From IMG/VR virus record IMGVR_UViG_3300032246_003079: a DNA stretch of 64,000 nt; one strand, 5' to 3'. The translations under genes and the position numbers were made by a program. The number at the start of each line of letters is the position of its first letter. Position 1 is the first letter of the stretch. Under the pieces are notes generated by a model. That model saw only the letters and a program-made list of their open reading frames with translations, searched no databases and was not told the origin of the DNA. Source of the stretch: a virus. Positions 1-9,641 of this stretch are shown here, piece after piece.

Positions 1-1
1 T

Positions 2-832
2 AGAGCAAGTGAAGATTGGGACGAAGGATATGTGTTAGACGGCTTAAAGGGCGAATCATTAAAAGTTTTATATAACATATTAAAAATATATCAACCAAAC
101 TTATTAGATGAGTTTGATATTAAAGACGAACAAGTGTCTTGGAAAAATGGTAAAGATTCAAGTAAAATAAGTGATTTTATTGAATATGTAAGTAATAGAA
201 CAAAAGATGATTTAATTGAAGCGTATGCATATGCAAGTGAAATGGCGACAGACGCAGCGGTACCTAAATATATTGATAATATATATTGTAATTGTTTATC
301 TGTTGTTGGAATCGAAAACCAATCAAGTAATTGTTATTGGAAGTATTTTTTAAATTGGGGGGATGCAATTATGTTATTTGTAAGATATGGAACACCTGAC
401 GATTGTTTGATGGATATATTATTTAAGGCAATAGAAAAAGAAGTTAGAACACACGTTACTGAATATTATGAAATTCAATATGCAACTTGGGATAATGAAG
501 TTTTTTCAAACGAATTTAATAAAAGAAGTGTAAGAGCTTTGGAAGGACTAGAAGAAGAATTGGAAAGTATGATTGAAGAAGGTGGAGAAGAAAAAATAAA
601 AAAATACTTTCAAATAATTAATATTATAAATGATAAAATTGGATTTAACACATTTAAACAAATACCAGGAGACTATGAAATTAGAATATTAAATGTTGAT
701 AAAGATAGTTTGATGGTTAATTATGGTATACGTAAAAGAAATTCGTGGAATCCACTCAAAAAAGGTTCGGCACCGTTAAATTATATTTTAAATATGTTGA
801 ATACCGAACCTTTAATACCTTATGTTGATTAA
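2..832 (+). CDS. Hypothetical protein, 5'-partial (frame open to window edge)
   Basis: Frame reads RASEDWDEGY-VLDGLKG from position 2 with no stop; ORF track start at 32 is internal. Confidence 0.7.
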   Translation, partial: RASEDWDEGYVLDGLKGESLKVLYNILKIYQPNLLDEFDIKDEQVSWKNGKDSSKISDFIEYVSNRTKDDLIEAYAYASEMATDAAVPKYIDNIYCNCLSVVGIENQSSNCYWKYFLNWGDAIMLFVRYGTPDDCLMDILFKAIEKEVRTHVTEYYEIQYATWDNEVFSNEFNKRSVRALEGLEEELESMIEEGGEEKIKKYFQIINIINDKIGFNTFKQIPGDYEIRILNVDKDSLMVNYGIRKRNSWNPLKKGSAPLNYILNMLNTEPLIPYVD

Positions 833-1890
833 TATTTTTTAATTAATCTTTCTCTAATAATTTCATATAAATTTTCTAAATCCTCATCAGGGATAAACAT
901 AAAACCATCATCATAAACATCGGTTAGTGTGATTCCGTCTTTTTCCTCATATACGTCAATAGTTTGTAAACGATGATGACTTTCTATTTCTTGTACTTCA
1001 AAAAAATCTAAATCATCATCAAACTCTTCAACAAATGAGTTCATAATGGTTGTAGGTGTATAAACTATTGGTTTATATTGATATTCATATTTTTTATGAC
1101 CCAACTCTTTAACCATGTTTTTTCCCGCTTCAATTGCGCATTTCACATCTTCAATCGAAATGAACTCTTGTGGTGAATGCATATTGTAATAACCACAAGA
1201 CATGTTGATGCAAGATACATCAATTTTTTTCTTTAACTGTGAAATATCAGTATAAGGGTGTGATTGAACTAACATTTCATTTCCAAAAGATTCGGTAATA
1301 ACTTTTGATGTTTTTGTAAAAAATTCACCATCCCTTTCAAATAAACGAACACCTGAGCAAATCTCGGTAATTAAATGGTTGCCAGGTGCGTCGTATTGTG
1401 TGATATAACCCACATCTTGTAAAAAATTTTCATCGCATTTTGATGAACCGTGACAACCCGTTTCTTCACTTACAAATAAACCAATTTTTACTTTGTCTAA
1501 TTGTTTAAGTAATTCTAAACAAATAAAAATGCCGCATTTGTCATCACCCCCAATACCTGTTGGTAAATCATTAACATCATACGCCTTCAATACATCAACA
1601 AGCGTATCGTCAAAATTTTTACCAAAAGTGTATGGTCGTTTTAATTTTTCTTCTTTAACAACAATCTTATCTATTTTGTTATGAACCGTATCGGTGTGAG
1701 CAATAAACATGGGATAAAATTCACCTTCTTCTAATATCCCCTTTGTTGCGTATATGTTCATCATATTGTCACGATAAAACGTAACACCATGAATTTTTTC
1801 CAACTCATCACAAATATATTCTACCATATCTTCTTCTTGATATGTTTTTGATGGTACTGAAAGGAGTTCTTTGAATTTTTGTAGGTTCAT
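829..1890 (-). CDS. Zinc metallopeptidase, M20/M28 clan
   Basis: AHTDTVH, GGDDKCG, SEETG, QYD and late GYYNMH metal-ligand motifs. Confidence 0.85.
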   Translation of the reverse strand: MNLQKFKELLSVPSKTYQEEDMVEYICDELEKIHGVTFYRDNMMNIYATKGILEEGEFYPMFIAHTDTVHNKIDKIVVKEEKLKRPYTFGKNFDDTLVDVLKAYDVNDLPTGIGGDDKCGIFICLELLKQLDKVKIGLFVSEETGCHGSSKCDENFLQDVGYITQYDAPGNHLITEICSGVRLFERDGEFFTKTSKVITESFGNEMLVQSHPYTDISQLKKKIDVSCINMSCGYYNMHSPQEFISIEDVKCAIEAGKNMVKELGHKKYEYQYKPIVYTPTTIMNSFVEEFDDDLDFFEVQEIESHHRLQTIDVYEEKDGITLTDVYDDGFMFIPDEDLENLYEIIRERLIKKY

Positions 1891-1904
1891 TATTTTGTTT
1901 TTTA

Positions 1905-1935
1905 CAAATGTACAAAAGTTTTCAACATTTGCAAA
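1905..1935 (-). promoter_or_regulatory. Bacteroidota housekeeping-sigma promoter (-33/-7)
   Basis: Minus strand TTTG-N19-TACATTTG, matching the TTTG-N19/21-TAnnTTTG consensus, ending 14 nt before the peptidase ATG. Confidence 0.7.
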
Positions 1936-1936
1936 A

Positions 1937-3973
1937 TTATTTCTTTCGTTTTGTTGGTTTTTTTATTTTTACTTCTGTTTTATTATTTTTTTCATCATAC
2001 GACAGTAAGAATTTAGAGTTTTTTTCTGGTTTGTCTGAAAGTATTTTTTCCGTAATTGCATCATCTACCCACTTTTGAACCGTTCTTTTCAAAATACGGG
2101 CTCCAAATCTAGTATCTGTACCCACTTTAATTAAGTGATTTTTTAATGACTCATCAACTTCAACATTAAATTCAAGATTTGAAACTCTTGTATATAATTT
2201 TTCAAGTTCTAAATTCAAAATCTTCATTAAATCGTTGTCATTCAAGTCTTTGAAGTATACAATATCATCAAATCTGTTGATAAACTCAGGTGCAAACTTC
2301 TTAAAAAGTTCTTTTTCCAATAGAGATTTTATTTCTTCATCTTTAGTTTCTTCTTTATGTGATGTTGAGAACCCAACACCTGTACCAAATTGTTGAACCA
2401 CCTTTGTCCCTACATTTGATGTCATAAGAATAATACAATTTTTAAAGTTAATTTTTCTACCGTGACCATCCGTTAAAAACCCTTCATCTAACATTTGTAA
2501 AAATACATTAAAAATTTCTGGGTGAGCTTTTTCAATTTCATCCAATAAAATAACAGAATAAGGTTTGTTTTTAATTTTGTTCAAAAATGGCGAACCATCT
2601 TCATACCCAACATATCCTGGTGATGTCCCCGTTAATTTTGATGTTGCTATTTTATCTGAAAATTCACTCATATCCAATCTAATAAGTGCGTCTTCACTAT
2701 TAAACATATGTTTTGCCAACTGTTTTGCCAATTCAGTTTTACCAACACCTGAATTACCAATTAATAATCCGCTAAATATTGGTTTTTTTGGGTCATTTAA
2801 ACCGACTTTATTTCTTTGTATTGCTCTTGCAATTTTGGAAACTGCCTCATTTTGACCAATTACTCTTGTATTTAATACTTCATTTAATGATGCTAATTGA
2901 ATTGATTCGTCTGTTGTGATTTTATTAATAGGAATTTTTGTCATCAAAGAAGTAACATCATAAACAATTTCTTCTGTAACTTCTTTTCGGTAAAGGTCTC
3001 TGTTTTTTTCAAAATCTTCCTTTTCTTTTTGAAGTTCTGATAAAACTTTTCTTTCTCTATCTCTTAAATTTGCCGCCTCTTCATACTTTTGTTTATTAAT
3101 AACTTCTATTTTTTGTTCTTTTATTTCTTGAGCTTCTTTTTTTAATTTTTCAATAGATTCGGGTAATTTGATTTCCACCTGACTTCTTGCCCCAACCTCA
3201 TCAAGTATATCAAACGCCTTGTCGGGAAATTCTCTGTCGGTAATGTATCTATTGGCCAATTCAACACATAGTTTTAAAATATCTTCACTATATCTAACTT
3301 TATGGTGTTTTTCGTAACGGTCTTTGGATTGTTTTAGTATTTCTAAAGTTTCTTCTTTAGTTGATGGGTCTACAACAATTTTTTGAAACCTTCTTTCAAG
3401 TGCCCCATCTTTTTCAATATTTTTTCTATATTCTTCTAATGTGGTTGCCCCAATACATTGAATTTCTCCTCTTGACAATGCGGGTTTAAATATATTTGAC
3501 GCATCCATGGAACCTGATGCGTTTCCAGCACCAATCATAGTATGGATTTCATCTATAAAAATAATTATGTCAGGATTTGCATATAATTCTTCAATTATAA
3601 CTTTCATTCTTTCTTCAAACTGACCTCTATACTTTGTTCCTGCAACTACAGAGGTTAAATCTAAAGAAACAATTCTTTTATTAACTAAATTCTGAGGACA
3701 ATCCCCCTCAAATATTTTTTTGGCCAATCCTTCTACAATTGCGGTTTTTCCACAACCTGGTTCACCAATAATAATCGGGTTATTTTTTTTCCTTCTTGAT
3801 AGAATTTGTGCAATCCTATTAATTTCTTGTTCTCTTCCAATAATAGGGTCCAATTTACCCTCTTCTGCCGTTTTTATTAAATCTCTTGAAAAATTATCCA
3901 ACACTGGTGTTTTACCTGTGGTTTCAGTTTTTTTTCCTTTGTCTTTTTCGTTGTTGTCTGCTGATTCAATCAT
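1937..3973 (-). CDS. clpC: ClpC-like AAA+ ATPase lacking the N-terminal Clp-repeat domain
   Basis: Two AAA modules (GEPGCGKT/IDEIH; GNSGVGKT/LDEIEKAH), UVR-type coil (QKYEEAANLRDRE), VGF loop. Confidence 0.85.
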   Translation of the reverse strand: MIESADNNEKDKGKKTETTGKTPVLDNFSRDLIKTAEEGKLDPIIGREQEINRIAQILSRRKKNNPIIIGEPGCGKTAIVEGLAKKIFEGDCPQNLVNKRIVSLDLTSVVAGTKYRGQFEERMKVIIEELYANPDIIIFIDEIHTMIGAGNASGSMDASNIFKPALSRGEIQCIGATTLEEYRKNIEKDGALERRFQKIVVDPSTKEETLEILKQSKDRYEKHHKVRYSEDILKLCVELANRYITDREFPDKAFDILDEVGARSQVEIKLPESIEKLKKEAQEIKEQKIEVINKQKYEEAANLRDRERKVLSELQKEKEDFEKNRDLYRKEVTEEIVYDVTSLMTKIPINKITTDESIQLASLNEVLNTRVIGQNEAVSKIARAIQRNKVGLNDPKKPIFSGLLIGNSGVGKTELAKQLAKHMFNSEDALIRLDMSEFSDKIATSKLTGTSPGYVGYEDGSPFLNKIKNKPYSVILLDEIEKAHPEIFNVFLQMLDEGFLTDGHGRKINFKNCIILMTSNVGTKVVQQFGTGVGFSTSHKEETKDEEIKSLLEKELFKKFAPEFINRFDDIVYFKDLNDNDLMKILNLELEKLYTRVSNLEFNVEVDESLKNHLIKVGTDTRFGARILKRTVQKWVDDAITEKILSDKPEKNSKFLLSYDEKNNKTEVKIKKPTKRKK

Positions 3974-4032
3974 ATTGTTTTTTTTAAAAAGTATAACTAA
4001 CTTTATAAATAATCAATTAAAAAATACATTTT

Positions 4033-4105
4033 TGACATTATGTCTTGACATATGTTGACGATACTGACATTTTGTCATACTTTTAATTGTGGCACAAATT
4101 TGTTG
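4033..4105. promoter_or_regulatory. Divergent clpC/dnaK control region with TGACA-N3-TGTCA palindromes and a TGGCAC element
   Basis: TGACATTATGTCT 4033-4045, TGACATATGTTGA 4046-4058, perfect TGACATTTTGTCA 4065-4077, TGGCAC 4090-4095. Confidence 0.45.
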
Positions 4106-4152
4106 AATAAAATAAACAAAAAAATAAACTATAAAAAAAATGTTAAACAAAA

Positions 4153-6009
4153 ATGGGAAAAATTATTGGTATAGACTTAGGAACAACTAATTCTTGTGTA
4201 GCAGTAATGGAAGGTCGTGAGCCGGTAGTAATTACAAACAGCGAAGGAAAAAGAACAACACCATCAGTTGTTGGATTTGTTAAAGACGGTGAAAGAAAAA
4301 TTGGAGACCCTGCAAAAAGACAGGCGGTAACAAATCCTGAAAAAACAATATACTCAATTAAAAGATTTATGGGTACAAGTTTTGAAGAAACAAAAAGTGA
4401 AATCAAAAAAGTACCTTACAAAGTTGTGAGTGAAAAAAATAATCCAAGAGTTCTTATTGACGATAAAAAATTTTCACCTCAAGAAATTTCAGCAACTATT
4501 TTACAAAAAATGAAACAAACCGCTGAAGACTACTTAGGTGAAAAAGTAACTGAGGCGGTCATCACCGTACCTGCATATTTTAATGACGCTCAAAGACAAG
4601 CAACAAAAGAAGCTGGTGAAATTGCAGGATTAACGGTTAGAAGAATTATAAACGAACCAACCGCAGCGGCATTAGCATATGGATTAGACAAAATGTCAAA
4701 AGAAATGAAAATTGTTGTTTTTGACTGTGGAGGTGGTACTCATGACGTTTCAATTTTGGAACTTGGTGACGGTGTATTTGAAGTTTTATCTACCGATGGA
4801 GATACTCATTTAGGAGGGGATGATTTTGACCAAGTTTTAATTGATTACATGGTTAGTGAATTTAAAAACGAAACAAGTATCGACATTACAAAAGACCCTA
4901 TGGCTATTCAAAGACTAAAAGAGTCTGCAGAAAAGGCTAAAATTGAGTTGTCATCTTCACCTTCAACTGATATTAATCTACCTTATCTCACTGCAGATTC
5001 AACAGGACCAAAACATTTAGTTTTAAAAATTACAAAATCTAAATTTGACCAATTAACTGAAGATTTAGTAAAACGCACTATTAATCCATGTGAATCTGCA
5101 CTTAAAAATGCCGGATTAAAACCTTCAGATATTGATGAAATTATTTTGGTTGGCGGTTCAACTAGAATCCCTGCAATTCAAGAGGCGGTTAAGAAATTTT
5201 TTGGTAAAGACCCGTCAAAAGGTGTAAACCCTGATGAGGTGGTTGCGTTAGGAGCAGCAATCCAAGGTGGTGTATTAGGTGGAGATGTGACAGATGTATT
5301 ATTATTGGACGTAACACCACTATCGTTGGGTATTGAAACTATGGGTGGTGTATTTACAAAACTTATTTCGGCAAACACAACAATCCCCACAAAAAAATCT
5401 GAAGTATTTTCAACAGCAGTAGACAACCAACCTTCCGTAGAAATTCATGTTTTACAAGGAGAAAGGTCTATGGCTAAAGACAATAAAACTATTGGAAAGT
5501 TCCATTTGGACGGACTACCACCATCAAGAAGAGGCGTTCCTCAAATTGAAGTTACTTTTGACATTGACGCTAACGGTATTATAAATGTATCGGCATTAGA
5601 CAAAGCAACTAATAAAACCCAATCAATTAGAATTGAGTCTTCGTCGGGATTATCAAAAGAAGAAATTGAAAAAATGAAAATGGATGCAGAACAAAATGCT
5701 GAAATTGACAAAAAATTAAAAGAGGATGCTGACACATTAAATTCAGCAGATTCTATGATTTTTCAAGTTTCAAAGTCTTTGGAAGATTTAAAAGATAAAA
5801 TTTCAGATAAAGATAAAGAAAATATCACTTCTAAAATTGAAAATCTAAAAACCGCATATAACGAAAAAAATATTGAAAATATTAAATCGTTAATGGATGA
5901 GGTAAATAACAAGTTTCAAAAAATAAGTCAAAATTTGTATAACCAAGCTTCAGAAAGTTCTGATAATGAAGAAGAAGTTACAAATGTAGATTTTGAAGAG
6001 GTAAAATAA
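4153..6009 (+). CDS. dnaK: Hsp70 chaperone DnaK
   Basis: [34 protein letters not shown]; C-terminus VDFEEVK. Confidence 0.97.
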   Translation: MGKIIGIDLGTTNSCVAVMEGREPVVITNSEGKRTTPSVVGFVKDGERKIGDPAKRQAVTNPEKTIYSIKRFMGTSFEETKSEIKKVPYKVVSEKNNPRVLIDDKKFSPQEISATILQKMKQTAEDYLGEKVTEAVITVPAYFNDAQRQATKEAGEIAGLTVRRIINEPTAAALAYGLDKMSKEMKIVVFDCGGGTHDVSILELGDGVFEVLSTDGDTHLGGDDFDQVLIDYMVSEFKNETSIDITKDPMAIQRLKESAEKAKIELSSSPSTDINLPYLTADSTGPKHLVLKITKSKFDQLTEDLVKRTINPCESALKNAGLKPSDIDEIILVGGSTRIPAIQEAVKKFFGKDPSKGVNPDEVVALGAAIQGGVLGGDVTDVLLLDVTPLSLGIETMGGVFTKLISANTTIPTKKSEVFSTAVDNQPSVEIHVLQGERSMAKDNKTIGKFHLDGLPPSRRGVPQIEVTFDIDANGIINVSALDKATNKTQSIRIESSSGLSKEEIEKMKMDAEQNAEIDKKLKEDADTLNSADSMIFQVSKSLEDLKDKISDKDKENITSKIENLKTAYNEKNIENIKSLMDEVNNKFQKISQNLYNQASESSDNEEEVTNVDFEEVK

Positions 6010-6030
6010 TCCCCTAAGATTGTAAATTTT

Positions 6031-6058
6031 AAATCCACCTTCGGGTGGATTTTTTATT
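6031..6058 (+). terminator. Rho-independent terminator after dnaK
   Basis: AAATCCACC-TTCG-GGTGGATTT with a C(UUCG)G tetraloop followed by a T tract. Confidence 0.85.
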
Positions 6059-6112
6059 TGTGTGTTTACTACTTTTATAATTTTTACTATTTTTTTCAAA
6101 AAAAATATTAAC

Positions 6113-6355
6113 ATGGCAATAACTAGAACAGACATAGAAGGAAACAAAATTATTTGTGAAATAACATCTTCTAATTTAAAAAGAAGTGAGTATGATATTG
6201 AAAATAAAACATTAAAAATAACTTTCAACAATGAAATGTTATATGAATATGAAGAAGTGCCCCATTCAATATATTCTCAATTTAGATTATCAGATTCTCA
6301 AGGAAGATATTTCAATCAAAACATAGCAAAAAAATTCAAATACAAAAAACTTTGA
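6113..6355 (+). CDS. KTSC-domain protein
   Basis: SSNL..EYD....LKITFNN...YEY..VP..IY......SQGRYFN pattern; ATG at 6113 preferred over the track start at 6062. Confidence 0.85.
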   Translation: MAITRTDIEGNKIICEITSSNLKRSEYDIENKTLKITFNNEMLYEYEEVPHSIYSQFRLSDSQGRYFNQNIAKKFKYKKL

Positions 6356-6372
6356 AAATCATATTGATAATG

Positions 6373-6379
6373 TATTTAT
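6373..6379 (+). promoter_or_regulatory. Putative late promoter TATTTAT
   Basis: TATTTATTAATATG; same motif precedes about 20 genes on their sense strand. Confidence 0.55.
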
Positions 6380-6383
6380 TAAT

Positions 6384-7157
6384 ATGAAGGAATTTAAAAA
6401 AGTTATAAATAGCTTTTATTTACAAGACAAACTTAATCCCGAAGTTTGGGAATTACCCAATGAAAAATATATGGGTGACAAAGACGCCCAATTCTATAAA
6501 TTAAAACCTGAAATTAGAAAAAAACTTTTACAAGTTGCTGACGTTTTTTTAAAAACAATCGACCAAGACATTTTTATTCAAGACATTATACTAATTGGTT
6601 CTTTAACTGGTTATAATTGGTCTGAGTTTTCTGACTTTGACGTTCATTTATTATATGATTTTAATGAGGCTGGTGAAAATAAAGAATTATATGAAGAACT
6701 TTTTCACTTAAAAAAAACATTGTTTAACGCATCTCACGACATTAGAATTAAAGGTTATGAAGTTGAGGTTTTTATTCAAGACTCTAACGAAAAAGAGAAA
6801 AGTATGGGGTCTTATTCTTTGGTTTCCGATACATGGATTAGAAAACCAAAAAAAGAAAATTTTGAAGTTGATGAGAAAAAAATTAAAGAAAAAGCCCAAC
6901 AATGGATGGATATAATAGATGGTGTTTTGGAAAACGCAGAAGATGAAGATTTAAAAGACGCCATTGACCTTGTTAAGAAATACAAAGAAAAGTTAAGAAA
7001 ATACAGAACTTGTGGATTAACAAAAGAAGGTGAGTATTCATATGAAAATTTGGTGTTTAAGTTTTTAAGAAGAACGGGATATATAAAAAAACTTGAAGAC
7101 TTCAAAAACAAGATTACTGATAAAAAATTATCATTAGAAAACTTAAATATTGAATAA
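6384..7157 (+). CDS. Pol-beta-superfamily nucleotidyltransferase
   Basis: IGSLTGYNWSEFSDFDVH (GS..DxD) plus third acidic residue in EVEVF. Confidence 0.75.
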   Translation: MKEFKKVINSFYLQDKLNPEVWELPNEKYMGDKDAQFYKLKPEIRKKLLQVADVFLKTIDQDIFIQDIILIGSLTGYNWSEFSDFDVHLLYDFNEAGENKELYEELFHLKKTLFNASHDIRIKGYEVEVFIQDSNEKEKSMGSYSLVSDTWIRKPKKENFEVDEKKIKEKAQQWMDIIDGVLENAEDEDLKDAIDLVKKYKEKLRKYRTCGLTKEGEYSYENLVFKFLRRTGYIKKLEDFKNKITDKKLSLENLNIE

Positions 7158-7250
7158 TTAGTCAATTTATCTATTAACAATATATTTATTATTGAGTTAA
7201 ACTATCTTTTTGGATATTTATACTAAAATAACATATAAAGAAAAAACAAA

Positions 7251-8606
7251 ATGGCAGATTTGAAACCACTTGGAAGTGAAAAATTAGAAGGTATGGACAA
7301 AATTAGACGTATCTTAGAAATTGCACATTATAATGAAAAACCAAAATCACAACTTAACGAAAACGAAACTTTGAACTATACCATTCAATTAGCCGATGGT
7401 TACACTTACGGTATTGTTAAAGAAAAGTTAGGTTATATAATTAAAAAAGGAATTAATGAATCTGTTTTAGATTATTCAGACCCAATTAGACAAAGAAAAT
7501 ATTTTGATTCGTATTCTCAGGCGATGAAAAAGTTGAATCTTCACGCTAAAGAATTAAATCGCATTCATGAGAATGACGAGGAGATTCCTTTAATTGGCGA
7601 GCAAACCGCTTCAAAAAAAAAATTCGTTTTAAAAACGCCTAAACCCGCAACGGAACCAACACCTGACGCATCACCCGCACCTGCACCTGCACCCGCACCT
7701 GCACCTGCACCCGCACCTGCACCTGAAGAAACTCCCGTACCACCAGCACCTGAAGAAGGTGGAGAACCTATGGGTGATGAAATGATGGGAGGAGAACCTA
7801 TGGGAGGAGAACCTATGGGTGGTGAGCCTATGGGTGGAGAGCCTATGGGTGGAGAGCCTATGGGTGGAGAGCCTATGGGTGGTGAGCCTATGGGTGGTGA
7901 GCCTATGGGTGGTGAGCCTATGGGTGGAGAACCAATGGGTGGAGAGACTGAAGAAGGTGGAGGATTCAAAACTATTCAAAGACTTACAGGTAAATTATCA
8001 CAAAAATTAAGAGCATATAACAATCAAGATGAAGACGGATTGGATTCACAGGATATTAAATATGTTATAAACATGGTTTTATCGGCTTTAGATTTAGAAA
8101 AGTTGGACGAGGATGATAAAGAAGACATTTTATCTAAATTTGAAGAAATTGATATGTACGGTGATGAAGGTCCTGAAAGTTTAGATTTTAGTGGTGAAGA
8201 AGATTCTAATTTTGGTGGTGATGAGTTTGGAGGTGAGGAATTTGGAGCAGAACCAATGGGCGGAGCACCTATGGGTGGTGAAGAACCAACACCACAAGAG
8301 CCAACAGAAAATGTTTTTGGAGAATCAAGAGTTGAAAATGTTTTGAAAAAATATTTTGTAGTAACAAAAGAAGAAGCTCCAATTTTAGAAGAAAAAAAAC
8401 AAAAAGATTATATTAAAAACAAATTAACACAGATAAAAGTAAAACAAGAGTTGCAAAATTTATCAGAAACTAGTCGTCAGTTGGAAAGAGCAAATAGACT
8501 TTTATCTGAAGGAGCACAATTTGTAGGTAAAACAAATTTAGATAATTTAATTTTTAATAAAAAAGGTAAACAAATTAAAATAGACACAAGAGGAAACATT
8601 ATATGA
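7251..8606 (+). CDS. Acidic low-complexity protein, probable prohead core/internal head protein
   Basis: PA and GGEPM repeats, several (I/L)xE sites, TATTTAT at 7183 and 7215, located in the head module. Confidence 0.55.
   Translation: MADLKPLGSEKLEGMDKIRRILEIAHYNEKPKSQLNENETLNYTIQLADGYTYGIVKEKLGYIIKKGINESVLDYSDPIRQRKYFDSYSQAMKKLNLHAKELNRIHENDEEIPLIGEQTASKKKFVLKTPKPATEPTPDASPAPAPAPAPAPAPAPAPEETPVPPAPEEGGEPMGDEMMGGEPMGGEPMGGEPMGGEPMGGEPMGGEPMGGEPMGGEPMGGEPMGGEPMGGETEEGGGFKTIQRLTGKLSQKLRAYNNQDEDGLDSQDIKYVINMVLSALDLEKLDEDDKEDILSKFEEIDMYGDEGPESLDFSGEEDSNFGGDEFGGEEFGAEPMGGAPMGGEEPTPQEPTENVFGESRVENVLKKYFVVTKEEAPILEEKKQKDYIKNKLTQIKVKQELQNLSETSRQLERANRLLSEGAQFVGKTNLDNLIFNKKGKQIKIDTRGNII
7674..7724 (+). 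repeat. 6-bp tandem repeat encoding (PA)n
   Basis: CCYGCA tandem copies. Confidence 0.9.
7758..7946 (+). repeat. 15-bp coding tandem repeat (GGEPM)
   Basis: Ten contiguous GGEPM units at 7788-7937 plus flanking copies. Confidence 0.95.
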
Positions 8607-9022
8607 ATTTGATTTATATAAATGAGTTAGGTCCAAACTTTAGAGGAGACAACATCTATGAATTTATTTTTTCAGATGTTGATGACTCATATGGTGAAGA
8701 TTGGGATATTGAGCCAGCATCTGGACGACCACAACCACCAAAAATTGAATTTATTAAAAAAGTTGGTATTTTAAAAAACTCAGATATAGAATTAGAATTA
8801 GTTCAAAATTCAGACTTTTTTTGTGTTTATGATGCCGTTGATGGTGTTATTTCATTAGGATGGGAAAAGTCGGATTCGGATGAAATAATTGTATATAAAA
8901 AGAAACGATTAGTTTTTCAATACGGAGAAAGTATTGAAAATGTTGAAAGTAAATTATACGAAAGAGATGTCGTATTAAATTGGGAAAAAAATTTGATGCT
9001 AAATGAAACACATGAATTATAA
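8603..9022 (+). CDS. Hypothetical protein
   Basis: 139-aa ORF with ATGA overlap with upstream gene. Confidence 0.7.
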   Translation: MNLIYINELGPNFRGDNIYEFIFSDVDDSYGEDWDIEPASGRPQPPKIEFIKKVGILKNSDIELELVQNSDFFCVYDAVDGVISLGWEKSDSDEIIVYKKKRLVFQYGESIENVESKLYERDVVLNWEKNLMLNETHEL

Positions 9023-9635
9023 ACTTCAAAAATTACTTCATGAAGGGTTTTCTATTAAAACATTAGAAAATCTATCAGAAAAACAATTATCTTCTTTATA
9101 CCGTAGAATTATGGAGCAAGAAGGGACACTTAATGTTAAAAAAGGTTCCCCCGAAGAAGCTAAAGCTAAATCTACCGGTAAATCATTTGTCACTTATGAA
9201 GAAGAACTTGAAGAAGATGACTTCGCATTAAATAGAATGTCCGGAAACGACCCATATGAAACAGGTGATAATTACTCTGGCCCTGGTTCAGATGATGGAT
9301 TTGGTGATGAATATGACGGAATGTCGAACGAAGGAGAACTTGAAGAAAAGGCGGTTTCTAGACAACAACAAAAAATTATGGGATTGGCTCTTTCTGTTAA
9401 AAAAGGAGATACTCCAAAATCCAAAGTTTCTAAAAAAGTTCAAAACATGGCAAAAGAAATGTCTAAAAAAGATTTAGAAGATTTTGCATCCACAAAACAC
9501 AAAGGTTTACCAAAAAGAGTTGAAGAAGATGAGGTAAAAAAGTTAGAAGAAAGTATTTTATCAATAGTACAAAAACATATACCAACTCACTTTACAAAAG
9601 GGGAACTTTTAAGAAATTTTAGAAGTAGAATTTAA
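9003..9635 (+). CDS. Hypothetical head-associated protein with DUF3008-like module
   Basis: KAVSRQQQKIMGLAL..KKG...MSKKDLEDFASTKHKGLP resembles DUF3008. Confidence 0.6.
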   Translation: MKHMNYKLQKLLHEGFSIKTLENLSEKQLSSLYRRIMEQEGTLNVKKGSPEEAKAKSTGKSFVTYEEELEEDDFALNRMSGNDPYETGDNYSGPGSDDGFGDEYDGMSNEGELEEKAVSRQQQKIMGLALSVKKGDTPKSKVSKKVQNMAKEMSKKDLEDFASTKHKGLPKRVEEDEVKKLEESILSIVQKHIPTHFTKGELLRNFRSRI

Positions 9636-9641
9636 AAATGA

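Noticed and set aside
829-6009. Bacterial chromosome or prophage-boundary origin for peptidase/clpC/dnaK
   Set aside because: They are contiguous with T4-like core genes in the same style, lack the usual grpE/dnaJ operon context, and no integrase or att site was seen.
7758-7946. Possible CRISPR array or DNA-level repeat element
   Set aside because: No spacers; variation is confined to wobble positions, so it is a protein repeat.
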